Shown piece by piece: positions 27,806 through 40,484 of a stretch of 64,000 nucleotides of DNA (position 1 is the first letter of the stretch; every line of letters starts with the position of its first letter). This DNA is from Styela clava (taxonomy: Eukaryota). The notes under the pieces were generated by a model that had not been told where the DNA came from, did no database searches, and saw only the letters and a program-made list of their open reading frames with translations. The position numbers were made by a program, and so were the translations under genes. Location: the NCBI RefSeq assembly GCF_964204865.1, contig NC_135253.1, positions 15,748,001-15,812,000 of the forward strand, in the 5' to 3' direction.

Positions 27806-28416
27806 GGAATTTGCTGCTAGTTCAACACAGTACTGCAGTAACAGCAGCTGAGTTCTGCTAAGTACCGGTATATCCAAATTAAAATAAATATTCAAATGAA
27901 TTCCATTGGGGTACCGGTACGGCGTTTACTTCACCAGAACCACATCCAGTGCTAACTCTCATTCAAAACAAACGTCATTGCCGCTATTGCATTATTACAG
28001 TTTACCGTTATTGCATTTCGAACAGCTGAAACGGCTGGAATATCATAAACAAGACCTACCGTACCGGTATCTTTTCTATCAAACACCTGGTATCAATTTC
28101 CCTCCAACGGTCCACTAGGAATGTTTATTTGACCTTTAACCCCCTAAAAAATCTACCAAATTTTGTTCCCTAAACTACAAGATAAAGCAAAACATGTTCC
28201 CTCACCTAAACGCAATAAATTACGTTATCCAAATAATTGTTATATTTGAATCGAGCATTCCTATATTCTGCATCATTTTTGCAACACAATTTCATTATGT
28301 GTCAAATCTCCTTAGTTGAAAGAACGCTTTCATAATAGCGTTCTTTACTAAGTTACAGCAGTTCTGATTACCACAAATTAAAAAATTATATTAAAGACAT
28401 GTATATGATTATATAG

Positions 28417-28665
28417 TAAACAAGAGAGCTATGCTCAAATATATGGACACGTAGAGTCACATAATTTTGATGACGTCATAGCGAAAAAAAAAAGTAATAG
28501 CCTTCTGGAGATTTTTTTTATCTTTAACCACTGAAAATTTCAAAGCAATTGGTCCAGTATTCGAAGAGAAAAGCGACTTTTTTAAAACGTGTCAAAGAAC
28601 AACAACAACAACAACAACAACATAATATTGAAACGATCTTTATGTCCACTACGTGTCCAAAAACA
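28417..28665. mobile_element. Possible Helentron/HINE-like non-autonomous element with a (CAA)n microsatellite
   Basis: Begins aaacaagagag; inverted pair tggacacgtag (~28443) / ctacgtgtcca (~28649); internal (caa)n; A-rich flanks. Confidence 0.35.
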
Positions 28666-28770
28666 TCAAAGATATTGATGAAATTGGCAATGAACCTGTT
28701 CTTTTTACGTATGTTATTGTATTGGGTACAACTGACTCTGATGACCCCAAAAGGTCGTATCGTTGTCACG

Positions 28771-29139
28771 TGTAACGTAGCGGGGTTTTTAGGCGATGGC
28801 GTTCGACGGTGATATACTGTGTAGAAAAGACCGTCTACTTCCTCGCTAAACGACAGCTAATTGACTTTTGAATACAGGCAAATACTCGGCTATTCTGTTG
28901 CCCCAGTCCACAGGTTCACACGATAAACAGTCAAGAAATATTCACGGTGCACTTTTGTATTCAATGCTAGGATACGATACCCAGCCATCAAGGTCAGAGA
29001 ACAGAAAAGAACAGTCTGCCCGATGCAACAGACACGACTTAAAAAGAACAAGTAATCAAAAACACGTGGCAACACAACAAATGCGCAACGCATAAGCGCC
29101 ACACAGTGGAATGAACGTAAGACTACGTATTACGTTACA
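28771..29139 (-). repeat. 3' LTR
   Basis: TG..CA ends; direct repeat of 32843-33170; PPT adjacent at 29140-29151. Confidence 0.95.
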
Positions 29140-29474
29140 CCTCCCTTCTTTACAAAAAAAAAGAAATTTACGTAGTCAATTTCTTTCACACCAAATATGA
29201 GTACAAGTAAATCCAACGTGAAGGAATTAAAATATATCTATACATCATCTGATTAGGATGAGGGCGTTATTACTTGAAACTTGGGACAATGCAATAGTTG
29301 AAATCAAATATTGAAACACATTAGCAATGAAATGCGATAATTACAAAATTCACACAGTAGATAACGATTACATTGAAAATACAACAGCAATGTAATAATA
29401 TGAACTAAATGTGAGAATACAATTACAATAAATTCACACTCATAAAAATATGAAAATACTGCAATAAAATAAAA

Positions 29475-30898
29475 CTAATACAATTCAAAATTATCAAATC
29501 TGGTAGGTAATTTTGAAACATAGGGTTTGATTTGTGAAGTACTTGGAATATCGAGTACACCACGACAAACCAAAGATTCACGTCCAGTAAAAAAGGGTTT
29601 GAGTCTTATTAAAATGAATTCGAATACTAGGATGAAATTTTCTAATATTTTCATCAACGGGTACAATAGAACAAGAAAATGGACTTTCACACTCTTGAAT
29701 TACACCATTATCTAGCAATTCTTGTATTTGCCTTTTAATTTCACCTCTTCATCTCTTAAAGCATGTGGCTCATGCCTTGGAGGTAAACGAATCGGTCGCC
29801 CGACCGTTGGAATTTCATGTTCACATAAATTTGTTCTACCCAGATCCCATGGACTAGAAGACATGATATCTAAATTATGTTCAAGAAAAGTATACCATTC
29901 CTCCTTCTCCTCAGGAGTTAATTTCACATCATCGAAAGATACTTTCGAACGAAAATCTGAAAACTTTTCTTTTAAACTACTTATCTCAGGGGGATTCTTT
30001 TTCGTGCTCTCGGTCACGTTAATATTGCAACAAGAGTGACCCGCATCGTGTTCAACAAGAATCCAGTCATTGGGCGAAGCATTAAAAGCATCATCCGAAC
30101 CTACTACAGGTGTAAAATCACCAAGTAATTGATTTATATTTACTTTCAATGAGAACGGTCCTGGGGTCATAATACGAACCGGTATTTGGGCATCAATAAA
30201 ATAAGAAACAAAGTTTGAAACAAGAGCCGACTCTTTTTGCTGCAAGGGAAGTCTATCAACCAAAAATACGGGTCGGCACAATACCACTTGACTCATCAGA
30301 AGACACAGATTGCAAATTAGTCTCGATAATATTTGCAAATTAGTCTCGATAATATTATTGGTGCTTATATCTGTGTCATTATAATCATCACCCATCAGAC
30401 TTCTCATTACGACGACAGTTTCAGATGGTCGGATTACGACTTCATCTATCGACGACACTTTGTAAGTGCGTCTTGGATATGGGGTAGGTTCAGATGTAAA
30501 AAAAAAACGCAGCTATGCCCAATCTTAACCCTAACCCTAACAGTATCTTATCGACATTACCCCTAATGTCTCCTGTTACAAAAAACATGTGATAGTCGTC
30601 TATACTTCCAATACGAATACGTATTTTTGTTCTACCTTTAATATTAATAGGTTCTCCCCTATAACATTCAAATCTGTGTGACGGATTCTATGTCCTGATT
30701 TTTGCTAGCTTCTTTCCACAGAGTAGATGAAATGGAAGAGGCACCAGTACCACTATCTATGATAGTATTTGCATGCAAATTATCTCCGATCAAAATGTCG
30801 GTGTAAACGGGAGTACACAGTTCCCTGTGCTGGTTAGTAACATTGGAAAGGGTGTTCGAGACTTTCTTAGCATATTCTTCATATGCTTTAGTTGTCAA
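29475..30898 (-). pseudogene. Degenerate pol remnant (aspartic protease, RT N-terminus; RT core, RNase H and IN core deleted)
   Basis: IIDSGTGASSIS protease motif and DLGRTNLCEHEIPT...PIRLPPR; no YxDD or DDE region before the PPT. Confidence 0.8.
30454..30547. mobile_element. ~94-bp mini-element nested in the Gypsy pol region
   Basis: Flanked by (c/t)tatcgac duplication; contains aaccctaaccctaa like the other MITEs. Confidence 0.55.
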
Positions 30899-31094
30899 GG
30901 GCTTTTCAGTTTCATTTACAAATTACAAGCCGTTCATTTGATCCGGGATTTACCTTGGAATCTTTCTCGGGTTGGTGACTGGCCTCGTTCCTCAACCCTT
31001 CCGCGTTTAACACTGTGTTAACATCGGATTTGAACTGTTTATCATCCTTAATCTTTATATTCTTATATCTACGTAACACTTTCTGTAAAGCAAA

Positions 31095-32116
31095 ACAATT
31101 CTCATCTATGTGGTTAGTCTTTCAACAATAACTACAACCATCGCGATTTCGAGGTTCTTGTGTGCCGGAGAAACCTCCACGGCCAACCCGACCTCTGTTA
31201 CATGATCCACGGCCTCGGCGGTCATTTTGTTTACCGCCATAGTTTTGGCGTCTGGAATTGCCACTACCGCTATATCTTTGCTTTGAGCTCATCGCATTGA
31301 TTTGCGAGTTTTGTGAATCATTAGGATCCACATAATTATATGCAAACTGTTTCGCATTAGCAGCCCACTCCATTAGACATTTAACATAAACACGAAAAGA
31401 GGTATTCATAGGTCCAACCATATCTAAAAATTCTTTAGCTCTTTTATTTCTAAGGCCATACTTAAATTGTTGGCACAGTATATCTTCTGTAGTTGGTGTT
31501 TTACCATATGCCAAATAACCCAAATGTTCGAGATCCTGAGCATACGCATTATAGCTTTCGCCAACCTGTTGTATGAGATCTCTAAATTTCTGGTGGGGAC
31601 TAGTTTCACCAGCGGTACCAGAAAACTTTACCAAATATTGTAAAATAGCATCATAATTAAAACTGTCTTGGGCAGGAATAACCGTTTTCAAGCGGGTAAG
31701 AACATCAGCATCAATGAACCCATACAAGCAAATTGCTTTTGCAGGGTCATCCCTAGCTTCGGTATGAGATAGACTAGCATTAAACCGAAGTGCAAATTTA
31801 TTCGGTCATCCCCGTCATGAAAAACTTTGATACTACGGTTAAGGGTTTTTGTTGCTGAATGAGCAATTTGATAATCTTCCCGTGTAACATCAGGACGACG
31901 TCCCTCGACCCCCGGTACAAATTGTACATACGGTTGTTGAATAGGTTGTTGTTGGGGGGCGGGCTGTTCGGTCCCCTGGTAAAATGGATATTGCGGAGAA
32001 ACCATAGGAGGGTTACTAGGGAAATATGGAGCATAAATCTGACAATACATTTGATACGGAATATTCCCATAAAACATATTTGGTAGTTGACTACTAGGAT
32101 AAGCAACGCCAGCCAA
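31095..32116 (-). pseudogene. Degenerate gag with zinc knuckle
   Basis: QQVGESYNAYAQDLEHL and QFKYGLR (retrotransposon gag); RG-rich linker; CSYC*KTNHIDENC (CX2CX4HX4C with an internal stop); frameshifts near 31700-31800. Confidence 0.85.
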
Positions 32117-32153
32117 GGACGTTGAATTAACGGGTTTAGATAGGGTGGTAACA

Positions 32154-32231
32154 ATGGTAGTATGGTTACTCCTAACACTATGGAAGTATGGTTACTCCTA
32201 ACACTATGGTAGTATGGTTACTCCTAACACT
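32154..32231. repeat. 26-bp tandem repeat x3 in the Gypsy 5'/gag region
   Basis: atgg(t/a)agtatggttactcctaacact x3. Confidence 0.9.
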
Positions 32232-32842
32232 TGGTGTTGTTACGCCAGTAGCAAAACCAGAAAAAGTAACAAAAGTGTTAGACATACTTGATACGATAAT
32301 TTCTCCTTCTTAAGTCGCGCCAGAAGTTGACGGAATATCTTCATCTTTTGATTGGTTCATTATTTTACGTGGAATTGTTTTTTTGTTGTGTCGATGTGGA
32401 ATGACAGTTATTTGAAGTACTCGAAATATAAGTACTTGTAGTTGTTTCGAGAATGTTCTGGAGATTTCTGCTGCGCAATTCCATAAACCACAACAAATAT
32501 TAGAAAAGTCTGTCACTGTCCAGTTCGTCGTTTATCAATCCAATTTAATTGCACTAATTGTTCAAGTGTTCTACAAACAAGTAACGGAATTTGATTTGAT
32601 GAAGCGAATTGTCCAACTCACTTGAAGTTGCCTCGACTCTGATAGCAATCGGTGTTTTGGTTGTTGAGTTGACGCAATCTTCTGTTGTGTGTGCAAGACC
32701 AGAGAACTGAAGGTTGATTAGAGTTCAAGATTTCCGAGTCCCGTATTCTGGTAGTACTCGCCTTCTTGTATTGAGCAAACTCCAAATCAAACTTTAAATA
32801 GTCAATGTCGTCATCCACGCTCTTACAACGCTGCCACCAATT

Positions 32843-33170
32843 TGTAACGTAGCGGGGTTTTTAGGCGATGGCGTTCGACGGTGATACACTGTGTAGAAAA
32901 GACAGTCTACTTCCTCGCTAAACGACAGCTTAATTGACTTTTGAATACAGGCAAATACTCGGCTATTCTGTTGCCCCAGTCCACAGGTTCACACGATAAA
33001 CAGTCAAGAAATATTCACGGTGCACTTTTGTATTCAACGCTAGGATACGATACCTAGGTTACGATAGACTTAAAAAGAACAAGTAATCAAAAACACGTGG
33101 CAACACAACAAATGCGCAACGCATAAGCGCCACACAGTGGAATGAACGTAAGACTACGTATTACGTTACA
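32843..33170 (-). repeat. 5' LTR
   Basis: TG..CA ends; followed on the - strand by a tRNA-Leu-type PBS (32829-32839). Confidence 0.95.
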
Positions 33171-33348
33171 CACGAAAGAATTTGTTTATCTATCATTTAT
33201 ATACCGTATTTTATGATCCATAAGGTTCATTGTAAATTCTGTTATTTTTGCTCTCAAAAACCAAATGGCCCGATGCGCCCTATGTATGAATAAAAATGAA
33301 TGAATGAGCAATTTATTGACAGTTCGCCGCCTTATTGTACGGCGCGCC

Positions 33349-33805
33349 GAGGGCCGATTCTTGGACTTTAGAGGCCCTAAGCACTTAAGACTTTGGTTCC
33401 CTAAATAATATTAATAATAGGAACGTAACTTAACTTCCGTGTTATCCAAATTGAATAAGTAAGTTTTAGCATTCATCACTGATTAAAGGCCAAATTATGA
33501 TCAATTTACAGGATATTTTTTGAAAATATTTCTCATGCCTATATACATTTAAAGATAGGTTTAAAGTGATACCTACCTGGGAAAGAAAATCACTGATTAA
33601 AGGCCAAATTATGATCAATTTACAAGATATTTTACAAAAATATTTCTCATGCCTATAAACATTTATAGATAGGTTTAAGATGATAAACTGAGAAAGAAAA
33701 CAAGCAAAATTCATTTCAACTCGGCTATGAAAATTTCGGTGGTGCCGTCTTTTCCTTGGTGCCCCAAGCACCTGCCTATCTTGCCTAATGTGTAATTTAG
33801 CCCTG
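33349..33805. mobile_element. hAT-like non-autonomous remnant with an internal ~114-bp tandem duplication
   Basis: Ends gagggccg / agccctg; duplicated block atcactgattaaaggccaaattatgatcaatttaca...tctcatgcctata at 33475 and 33589; no TSD found. Confidence 0.5.
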
Positions 33806-34738
33806 CTATAACAGTCTTGAATTATTATACGCCTACACATCCGTCAGCATATTAAAGCAAGACCAAATAGAGTTAGTCTCACGTTGTAACCCAAACTGAA
33901 ACCTTCGATGAAATCAATTATCAACATTATTGAAATTACGAACAAATGTTATTTATATTTATTTCTTTATATATATATACGTTTTCTTTCAGAAAAGTTT
34001 GTAATAGCTATTTGGTGGTTTTCATGTTTCTCAGATTTGTTATATACACATATTATTCATTTGTTTTGGTTACTCGTTTTTTATGTTTTATAAATAATAA
34101 TAATTAGAAGCATAGGCGTTAACTGAATTTTTTCATTAAGCTGAATCAGCATCGTAGGTGTCGCTGCTCGAAGACCTTTCGAGGCACCTCGCGACTCATG
34201 TACTTTTTTATTTATTTTATATATATCTTATTTTATTTTTTATTTTATCATTTTTTTACCTATTTATCTATTTATTTTATTTACTTCATATCTTACCATA
34301 TTTCCGTGATATATATATTTATATTGATTGTGTTGACGAAAAAATGATGATTGATCGATACGTTTACCGACTGACGCTCCCAACGGTATTAAAGTTACGG
34401 CGAAATACTATATAAACATTTAACGACTGACGCTTTTTAACAGTATTGAAGTTTCAGACAAATGCTATTTTTCTACGAAGTCTATTAAAAACAGTAGCCT
34501 ACTTCATATTGGCACAAACTCGAATAGCATTTTTTCATACACAGAAATTTCTTTTAAAATTATGATATAGAAAGATCTTGAGTAATTATCATACTAGAAC
34601 TCGATTATCAACTGTTCTTTATTTAGTTGTTTTGAAAAATCCATGAAAATTCTTTTTTTTTTTAACCACGATTCAGACTACCCACAACAGAAAGTAGTCC
34701 CAAACAATCGTGCAAAAATCCCAGGACAGACAGGACGC

Positions 34739-37700
34739 TCAAATGTAAATGTTCAGGTTTGCATGATCACACTTTTGACGGCACATGAAGCAAAACTTTC
34801 GGAGTCTCTTTCCTAAACAAACACCAAATTTAGACGTAGAGAATTTTAATTACATTTATTACAACTAATAGTGTTTGTGAGAGCGGACCATAGGCATGCT
34901 CATAATATATATTTATGTCGCCGATAGTTTATCTTTGTCGGGATTTTTTGCAGAATATGGCAGCTCAAAATGACACAAAGTTCATAAAGATAAACCTTTA
35001 TTAAGCTCGTTATTGAAGAATAGCTGAAAAACAATTAGTTATATACAACACAAATAATGCTCGAAGTTTGAATTTGATTTAACATTTATTATTTTGTTTA
35101 TTTTCATATGTAATATTTTAACTAGTGTTTGGTTTTTGTTGATGATTACGCTAATGTATTATAGTAACTATACCATACTTTTATTTCTTCGATGTATTTT
35201 CTGGGATTCTCCAACGCAATCTAACACGTGTTGACTGTGTTCCTCCTTTTTCTTTGCACAAAATTTGTAGCAATTTTCCGGCACTTTCACTGTTTTTGTT
35301 TGAACAATGTGTATTTCGGTGGTGTGGTGAATTTGATGTAGAATCTGTAATGGCAATGAGAGATTGACGTTGCAATCCAATTTGTATGCGCTGAAATACT
35401 GAAACAATTTTTTGTAAATGATTTTCCTTCTAACAAAACTATTAAATGTTGTTTTCCCAGTGAGGAAAAGCATCTAAAATTTTGGTTTTTACTACAAATA
35501 TACAGTGCAGCATATTTGGAGTGAAGTTGGATCGTTGCAAACCAGATTGTTGCAATTTATTTATTTCCCTGGGTCAACGTTCCCAATCGGAGAGCGTAAT
35601 ACCAGCTACGAAGCTATTCTACGCAAGATTGAACAAATACCGGAATCAGAGTTTTTATGTAGAGTGGGGAAGAAATAAAGAGTTCCAAAATAGGCAATGA
35701 TGAAATTTATTGAGAAAAGTTAGGGACCGGGTGAAGCATAGAACACACAATAGTAACGTATGAACGTCTGCTCCGAACCCACACAGTCATGTAGCTGCCA
35801 ATTGGCGTCGTCGGGGATAGCCAAGTGTGACGTTGATAAAATCTTCTTAATCAAGTGAGGTTTTAATCACGCCAACACCCGTCAGTACCGGTGCCTCAAT
35901 GGAAGCGTGCATGTTTGTTAAGCATAAGGCCAGGTGCAAGGTTGGGTTCAAATCCCAGAGAGTTGAGGTGCAGAGAGCTAGCTAGAGATCAAGGCATTCG
36001 CAGACTGGAGTTGAGAAAGGCATGAGGAGGGAGGGAGACGAACGGAGTCGGGAGTGGCACCGACGGACCGCTGGAATAATAGGGAACAAAAGGATCAGGC
36101 TAAAACGCGGCTAGGAAAAGAACGGGCCGGAAGGAGACAGAGCGGAACAGACAGACAAGAAAAGGTTTAGAGAAGGAAAGCCACAGACGGAATAGCGGGT
36201 GCGGCAAGAGGCAGGCCGGGCTTAAAGGGGAAAATGCCGATACTGATACCTAAACTGGTCAAAAAAATGTTGAGAATTGGGGACCAGTATCAGAGTCAGA
36301 AGAAACACGATGGTCAAAAGCATGGTCAAAAAATAAGCGAAGAAGTCTGAATGCAGCGTTGTTTCTTTTAGCGCCAGATGGTGATGGATTTAAATTATTT
36401 TTTTCCTGAGGTTGAATCTTTCACCCAATTTAATTTTTTTTTATTTCTTGAGCGCCAGACGGATGGGTGTTTTAATCAAATACGAGAGAGAAATGGAAAG
36501 AAGAACCTGCATACAAAGAGGAGATAAATTATGAAAAGAAGCGAGGAGGAAGTCTTGATGCAGCGTTGTTTGGTTTAGCGCCAGATGGAGATGGATGGAT
36601 GGATTTAAATTTTTTATTTCTCGAGCGCCAGGCAGATGGGTGTTTCAACCAATTCAGCGGGTTCATGAAAATGTGAAAGTAATTTTGAAACTTATATCCT
36701 GATAAAGTGCGAGCAGGTGCTTTAAAATTCAGAATGAAATTCAGGTCTTTTGGATAAGATTTAAAAAAGAAAATTTATTATTAGTGTAAAATTGATGTGC
36801 AAAATGATAATTTTGTTCATCGAGAAGACATATTCAATTGATTTTAAAAATGCTGTTTCCAAATAGCTCCTCCTGTTCTCTTAAAACACCCAACATTTCT
36901 GCCATAATACCAATCCCCGGAGAGATGTCCAAAACACACCATATGTAGGGTGCTCCTAAAGTATGCGCACCAAGATGTCGCATAACCTGAACCCTAACCG
37001 GGTACACAACCTGAGTTCAGGTTGTGCGCCATCTTGGTGCGCATACTTCAGGAGGTCCGTAGTATTGTATACGGGGCTTTTCTTGCGTTGGTTACCCTTT
37101 CTATCTTTTGAAAAGCACTTGATTGCCACCGGGTATATTCATGTTATGCATACTCCCGTAGTATGTGAATCAATATGGCGGACACCGGGACGTAGTATGT
37201 GTACCAGGTTAGGGTTAGGCCATAATTTCGAATGTTCCTAATTTTAGTTCTATTACAAGTTCGAGGACTAGCCAAGTGACTCCAGTAGTATTTGTACCTG
37301 AAATTATGGCCTAACCCTAACCTGGTACATATACTACGTTTCGGTGTCCGGCATCTTAGTTCACATACTACGGGAGTATCAAACAATATTCCAACGTTTC
37401 CAATTTCGTAAACTGCCAAGTCACAATAAAGATATAGGCTAGCAATTATAGTAAAAAGAGTGGCAGGCTATACGCGCATAGATTGTTTCAACTTTAAAGC
37501 CATGTTTACCCGCCAAGAAGAAATTCTTCCGCTGGTGAAAATTTTGTCATTCTTTGGGAGGGATTTTACCTTGTATTTACTGTAGTACTACTGATATTCG
37601 GCTGGGTTCCACTGGCCTAAGTTGTTTGAAGTATTTTAGTAAATGATTAAAGACGATAAATATGAATATTCAAACAAATATATCATGAGAAATTGACACA

Positions 37701-38197
37701 CCACATGATCCAAAATCATTTGTAACAGTCCGTCGTCTTCATAGTCATATTCTTCTTGGCTAGGTATTGCAACAGAGATGTCCATTACTAAAAACCAGAA
37801 AATGCTTCAAGTTAATATCTCATATTTGACTAATTATTTTATTGTTTTGAGTTTTTGGGAGTTCAGTAATATTGCAGTAGTTGTGCAATATAAAATTTCT
37901 ACAACGTTGGGTGAATAAACGTTTTCACATGCGATTAACACACAATAATACGTATTCGGCACATAAGATTTTTGGTCTTTTTCATATGTATATATATATA
38001 CTACTCAAATTAAGTGGTGGCAGTCGAAATTTTATTTATCATATTTATAAATGTATTTTGTTAGCATAACAATATAACTAACAATAGGACCTATTAGACG
38101 AAAATTTGCATTTCGAAAACGTATTATATTGAAAGAAATTGTAGTGCATACCTAACACGAAAAGCAACAAGTCAAAAACGTGTCTCGATGGCAGCAT
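34739..38197 (-). CDS. Small secreted His-rich/6-Cys protein A (123 aa; exons 38197-38152, 37787-37702, 35344-35179, 34812-34739)
   Basis: Spliced product MLPSRHVFDLLLFVLVMDISVAIPSQEEYDYEDDGLLQMILDHVILHQIHHTTEIHIVQTKTVKVPENCYKFCAKKKEEHSQHVLDCVGESQKIHRRNKRKRLRKFCFMCRQKCDHANLNIYI*; exon sizes and phases match paralogue B. Confidence 0.85.
35690..36240 (-). repeat. GC-rich repeat-element remnant in intron 2 of gene A (family unresolved)
   Basis: Abrupt rise in GC and strong purine bias on +; AATAAA on - at ~35706; no recognisable ORF. Confidence 0.35.
36341..36650. repeat. Degenerate direct repeat pair
   Basis: gaagtc..tgcagcgttgttt..tttagcgccagatgg..gatttaaatt..gagcgccag..gatgggtgttt at ~36341-36475 and ~36550-36647. 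Confidence 0.7.
36949..37058. mobile_element. Second copy of the 110-bp MITE
   Basis: Near-identical to 11775-11884. Confidence 0.85.
37150..37380. mobile_element. ~230-bp palindromic MITE with a TTAGGG-containing arm
   Basis: Arm tactcccgtagtatgtga..gtaccaggttagggttaggccataattt and its inverse; other copies at 52081 and 20820. Confidence 0.85.
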
Positions 38198-38845
38198 TAT
38201 TCTTTTCGTTTCCAGCAGCTAATTTCCCAAAGTCACTTTGAATATTTTTAAAATAGAAAGTTATTCACAGTATTTTTAGATATTTATCTTTTATCTAATG
38301 ATAAATCCTTTAATTTACTTATGACATATCATGTCGTGTTTGAGACCTGGTATATATGTTATCACAGTAATAAGTTTTCATATAAATTGACGTCATTGGA
38401 TGACGGTAGATGTTGTTCAAGTCTCTATTTTAAATTTTATAGAGAGGTAATATACATAACGAGGCAGACGTTCGGCATACATAGTGGCCGGCAATTTGAT
38501 TCGGAGATTCTGAACGTTTCAAATTACAAATGAGTCAAAATAGTTAATCTACGCTAATCTACTCGCAAACGTACTCATGATTCTGTAACTAACTATGTGG
38601 AGTTCATAAGTCGAGGTTTTTTCGTGCAACCCTGGAAAAGTATTTTTGCAGAGAAAACCCCCAAAAAGTTCTCATATTGTGGGATGACAAATACACTCAA
38701 TATCCCTTTTTGATTAGAATCAGAATTATTACATGAAGTGGAATTCAAGTCAAAACCGATGTTTCGCGAAAAAAAACAATTAAACTCGTGCAGAATACCA
38801 CAATTTGCCAACTTTTCTCATTGTTACAAAATCGGAAGCCCCCTC

Positions 38846-39310
38846 TATATATAGATACAAAACCTCCAACTTGATTCTACCTTGTAATATGCAAAGTAAC
38901 TCTCTACGACAACAAATACACTATAAACTAAAGAATAATACAATGTGGCATAAAAAATTTGTCTGAAATTCTCCACTTTAAAACTCTTCAAATACGCAAG
39001 GCAAAGCTGTCAGACGATGCAAAAGTGGACTCTAATATTCACTATTTGTAAATAATGCTCAACATGAGGCATTAAAAAAGTAACTATGTACCATTTTCGT
39101 GAGTTAGTTATCTAGCATTTTACAGCGGACATGACTCCTAAACTCGTAATCTCAATATTGCTTGTATACAATAGTTTATCTTTTTAGGATGCTGACGGAG
39201 GGATCCGCTTTCTGTTGGTTAAAGCGATCTCGTTTCATGAGTAACTTCATAAATTGACTGTGAGTAATAAATTTACAATGAAAGGAAGAAACCGTCGAGG
39301 AAGTTGAATC
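38846..39310 (-). promoter_or_regulatory. Putative promoter/enhancer of secreted gene A
   Basis: TATA-like tatatataga followed by GGGG, plus blocks shared with 43371-43676. Confidence 0.55.
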
Positions 39311-39620
39311 TACCGCCGTACGGGTGTAATTTGACCATTTTTCAAAATTTGTAACTTGATTTAAACTATAAATCATGCATAAAAATTAGGTACGAATCTT
39401 ACGCAATGTTTCGCTCATTTTTTTCAACGAATGATTGACAAATAACAATATTTTGAAAGCGAACAACACATAGTCTGTAAGTTCCCTCTGAATTTTAGGT
39501 TTAAAAATTTCCAAAAAGTGCCTGAAAGCGCATACCACTGTTTAGAAAAAGCATAATATATATCCATAAATGGTACATAGCTATCTCATAGGAACATAAC
39601 TTTCTTATGTTTTAGAAAGG

Positions 39621-40032
39621 TTATCTCTTTTTTTCCAGAGGATAGTTGTTTGAAAAACAGACATTGAGTAATACTGGTATAAGAATCGTTTTTAGTAGGG
39701 TGAAGCCTTCTTGAGGGACGGGGTGACACATCATTGTATTTGTATGTAGACCACAGTGATGCTGAATGCTTGTACCAGTATGACCTGGGTTGTATCGTTT
39801 CCTATCTTTTTTGCACGCTATATTTGCAAACAATATCCTGATACTTGCATATTTTGATTTATTTTGTGTGTTGCACATCCTAGCGTGGTAGGAACGTTCT
39901 CTATCCCATAAACATAATTGGACTCTGCCGGCACTACTACGTTTTTTTTTCTTGTTTCGTGCGTCTGTGCCAGATTTAAAGCAAGAACAGATAGTAAAAG
40001 ACGCAATCCAAAATAATATTTCGAATTTTCAT
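39621..40032 (-). pseudogene. Intronless secreted Cys-rich ORF (~136 aa) with a +1 frameshift immediately after the ATG
   Basis: The start reads ATG-AAA-A-TTC. Removing one A gives MKFEILFWIASFTICSCFKSGTDARNKKKKRSSAGRVQLCLW...CHPV...VCFSNNYPLEKKR*; that frame is open from ~40028 to 39621. Confidence 0.5.
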
Positions 40033-40484
40033 GATTTGCCTGTCATTTTTGAGAATCTTACTTATCTTTGTTAATTTGTAATGCACCACAACTTAGTTTT
40101 CGTAGGTTCCGTCGTGTTTATAAAAACTCAGGCATCAGTATATCCGTGATAATATGCACAAAAGCTTGACAATTCTTCGCCTTCCATGAAATTGAAATAT
40201 ATTTAAAAGGAATCTAATATAATTACATATTTCCTCTCACTTGTTGAACGTACTAGTCAAATATTTACGTCCAATTGCCCCATTTACTGCAAGTTTACAT
40301 ATAGATGTAAAACGTAAGCACCGCACAATGTTTCGAAACTTTAATATATATTTTCCAATCACATAAATTCCATATTCATAAGATCAAGAGTATAATCTCA
40401 AAATTGACAACTTGATTAGGATATATTCTTTTCTTTGTTTTATTGAAATTCATGCAACTTTCACGTCTACTTGAAATACGATGC

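Larger units (their letters stand above)
28771..33170 (-). mobile_element. Internally deleted Ty3/Gypsy LTR retrotransposon (4.4 kb)
   Basis: LTRs at 28771-29139 and 32843-33170 (TGTAACGTA...TACGTTACA); 4-bp TSD cacg; PBS tggtggcagcg; PPT aaagaagggagg; degenerate gag, CCHC knuckle, protease DSG and RT start. Confidence 0.95.

Noticed and set aside
32154-32231. Repeat array as a CRISPR-like structure
   Set aside because: Head-to-tail 26-mers with no spacers, inside a retrotransposon in a eukaryotic genome.
35168-35178. ORF-track C-termini SMV* (and SMFKCKFMKFN* at 41964) as the true ends of the secreted proteins
   Set aside because: Both read through a conserved A|gtatg donor; a conserved fourth exon supplies three more Cys.
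36963-37419. ORFs at 36963, 37144 and 51976 with mutually similar translations
   Set aside because: Artefacts of palindromic MITE copies.
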